A stretch of 64,000 nucleotides of DNA from Piromyces finnis finn (taxonomy: Eukaryota; Fungi; Neocallimastigomycota), in the NCBI GenBank assembly GCA_002104945.1, contig MCFH01000022.1, positions 186,001-250,000 on the forward strand. The letters are read 5' to 3'. Positions 61,601-64,000 of the stretch are shown piece after piece (the first letter of the stretch is position 1; each line of letters begins with the position of its first letter). A model generated the notes under the pieces. The model had not been told where the DNA came from and did not search any database. It was given only the letters and a program-made list of their open reading frames with translations. The position numbers and the translations under genes were made by a program.

Positions 61601-62430
61601 TAAAATTTTATATAAAGTAAAAAAAAAAAAGAAATTTTATGTACCTAACTATTATAATATTAATTATTTTAGTTCAATGTTTTTTTTTTTTTTTCCTTCA
61701 ATTTACCATTATTCATTGCATCATAAAAAAGCTTTTTTTTTTTTCTTTTTAATAAAATATTAAATATTAAAGGTGTATATGTAATTTTATTTATTATCAT
61801 TTTTTTATTTCCGTTTTTTTGATATTCATTAAAATATATTAATTTATTAAAATAAAAAATGTAAATAATTTAAAATTCTATCATTTAAAGTTATTCTAAT
61901 AAATTTAATTTATTTATCGATTTATTTTGTCTTAAATTATTAATTATTTTTTTTTCATCCTATTTATATACTTAATATATATACTATTTATATCATCGTT
62001 TATAATGATAGTTTTAATATTTAAGCTATTTACCATTTATATTTTTAATATACCAGAAATGTAATCAATAAAATTTATTAATTTATACATAGATAAAAAT
62101 TTTAAATCATGATACAAATTAATTATTTTTTTAGTCTTTTTTATTTATTACTTAATAAAATAATAATATAATAATATTAAAACTTTAGTATTATTTAATG
62201 ATCATTTCATTAAAATGCCTTTTAATATACCATATTTTCTTATTATATTGAAATGTATCCATTTTTTGTTAATCTATCCTATTTTTTTACCCATTACTAT
62301 ATGACATAAGGTTTATAATTTAATTTATAAAAAAATATTAAAATTTGTGAAAATATTTATGTTATATTAAATTTATAACATAATTAAAGTTAAGCGAGTT
62401 TAATATTTAATGTTTCCTCTTTTTTTTTTT

Positions 62431-62529
62431 TATATAAAAAGCTTTGTTTTTCCTTTTCACTTTTTTTTAAAATCATCTTTAATTATTAAAAAGTAATTTT
62501 AATAATTAAAATTTTCACTGGTTGAAAAA
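62431..62529 (+). promoter_or_regulatory. Xylanase 2 proximal promoter with the same two conserved blocks
   Basis: TATATAAAAAGCTTTGTTTTT and TTTCACTGGTTGAAAAA. Confidence 0.6.
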
Positions 62530-62621
62530 AAAAATTATATAAATATTAATAAAATATAATAAATTTTGTAAATAAAAGTTTAAAAAAGAAAAATAAAGTT
62601 AAATTTGTTATATTAATACAT

Positions 62622-64000
62622 ATGAATTATACAAAATTAATTCAATTTTTGGCTACAGTTGGGCTTGTCAGTGCCCAAAGTTTCTGTAGTTCAGCTAAAC
62701 ACTCTGGTACTAGTGTTACTGAATATAGTAATAAGGTCGGTTCCATTAGTGGTATCGGTTATGAATTATGGGCTGATAGTGGTAGTAACAGTGCTACTTT
62801 CTATTCTGATGGTTCTTTCTCTTGTTCTTTCAGAAATGCAAAGGATTACCTTTGTCGTACTGGTCTTTCTTTCGATAGTACAAAGAGTCACGACCAAATT
62901 GGTCACATGTACGCTGATTTCAAACTTGTCAAACAAAACATTCAAAATGTTGATTATTCCTATGTAGGTATTTACGGTTGGACTAGAAGTCCACTTGTTG
63001 AATTTTACATTGTTGATAACTGGCTCAGTCAATACCGTCCAGGAGATTGGGTTGGTAACAAGAAACATGGTGATTTTGTTATTGATGGAGCTACTTACAC
63101 TGTTTATGAAAACACTCGTTACGGTCCATCTATTGATGGTGATACTCAATTCAAACAATACTTCAGTATTCGTCAACAAGCTCGTGATTGTGGTACTATT
63201 GATATTACAGCTCACTTCCAACAATGGGCTAAACTTGGTATGAATCTTGGTAAGATGCATGAAGCTAAGGTTTTAGGTGAAGCTGGTAGTAATGGATCTG
63301 GTACTAGTGGTACTGCTGATTTCCCATATGCTAAGGTTTACATTGGTAATGGTAACAACCAAAGCAACAACAATCAAAACGACAATGGCAATAATTTCGG
63401 CAACAACAACAATGGTTTTGACTTTGGTGGTTGGAACTTTGGTGGTTGGGACTTTGGTGGTAACAACAATAACAACAACAACGGTAACAACAACCAAAAT
63501 GCTGCAACATCTAATAATGCTTCAAGTTCTGAATATTGTAGTTCTGCTAAACACTCTGGTACTAGTGTTACTGAATATAGTAATAAGGTCGGTTCCATTA
63601 GTGGTATCGGTTATGAATTATGGGCTGATAGTGGTAACAACAGTGCTACTTTCTATTCTGATGGTTCTTTCTCTTGTTCCTTCCAAAATGCTAAGGATTA
63701 CCTTTGTCGTTCCGGTCTTTCCTTCGATAGTACCAAGACTCACGACCAAATTGGTCACATGTACGCTGACTTCAAGCTTGTCAAACAAAACATTCAAAAT
63801 GTTGATTATTCCTATGTAGGTATTTACGGTTGGACTAGAAGTCCACTTGTTGAATTCTACGTTGTTGATAACTGGCTCAGTCAATGGCGTCCAGGTGATT
63901 GGGTTGGTAACAAGAAACATGGTGATTTTGTTATTGATGGAGCTACTTACACTGTTTATGAAAACACTCGTTACGGTCCATCTATTGATGGTGATACTCA
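62622..64000 (+). CDS. xyn11: Second multi-domain GH11 xylanase (at least two domains); 3' end beyond the window
   Basis: ATG at 62622, MNYTKLIQFLATVGLVSAQSFCSS..., open to the window end; paralogous to 54273-55766; absent from the ORF track because no stop lies in the window. Confidence 0.94.
   Translation, partial: MNYTKLIQFLATVGLVSAQSFCSSAKHSGTSVTEYSNKVGSISGIGYELWADSGSNSATFYSDGSFSCSFRNAKDYLCRTGLSFDSTKSHDQIGHMYADFKLVKQNIQNVDYSYVGIYGWTRSPLVEFYIVDNWLSQYRPGDWVGNKKHGDFVIDGATYTVYENTRYGPSIDGDTQFKQYFSIRQQARDCGTIDITAHFQQWAKLGMNLGKMHEAKVLGEAGSNGSGTSGTADFPYAKVYIGNGNNQSNNNQNDNGNNFGNNNNGFDFGGWNFGGWDFGGNNNNNNNGNNNQNAATSNNASSSEYCSSAKHSGTSVTEYSNKVGSISGIGYELWADSGNNSATFYSDGSFSCSFQNAKDYLCRSGLSFDSTKTHDQIGHMYADFKLVKQNIQNVDYSYVGIYGWTRSPLVEFYVVDNWLSQWRPGDWVGNKKHGDFVIDGATYTVYENTRYGPSIDGDT

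Overview
Extremely AT-rich eukaryotic DNA, most consistent with an anaerobic gut fungus (Neocallimastigomycota), inferred from base composition, a class V myosin-motor chitin synthase and Fibrobacter-type GH11 xylanases. Host genes: a 297-aa protein with a neurabin/Bni4-like PP1-docking motif, a two-exon class V chitin synthase (about 1833 aa), two paralogous double-GH11 xylanase genes (the second runs off the window end, so the ORF track lacks it) and a tandem tRNA-Ser(UGA)/tRNA-Leu(CAA) pair. Mobile DNA: (1) an intact chromovirus at 868-6985 with TSD GTTAT, apparently self-primed, whose LTR U3 carries a tRNA-like A-box/B-box/T-run cassette; (2) a nest of solo and truncated LTR elements at 7.1-11.6 kb, including a 1.5-kb inverted repeat made by a same-family solo LTR (TSD GTCGT); (3) a near-intact chromodomain-less Ty3/gypsy element at 27093-34061 (minus strand), 14 bp upstream of the tRNA pair, with a tRNA-Ala-like PBS and a U UUA AAC -1 frameshift signal; (4) two young 5'-truncated LINE copies, one a template-jump chimera, plus two ancient relics of that family. 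An unexplained GC-enriched multi-hairpin island at about 16.6-17.1 kb may be a structured ncRNA. All alignments, pairings and coordinates were read by eye; no computation or database search was run.
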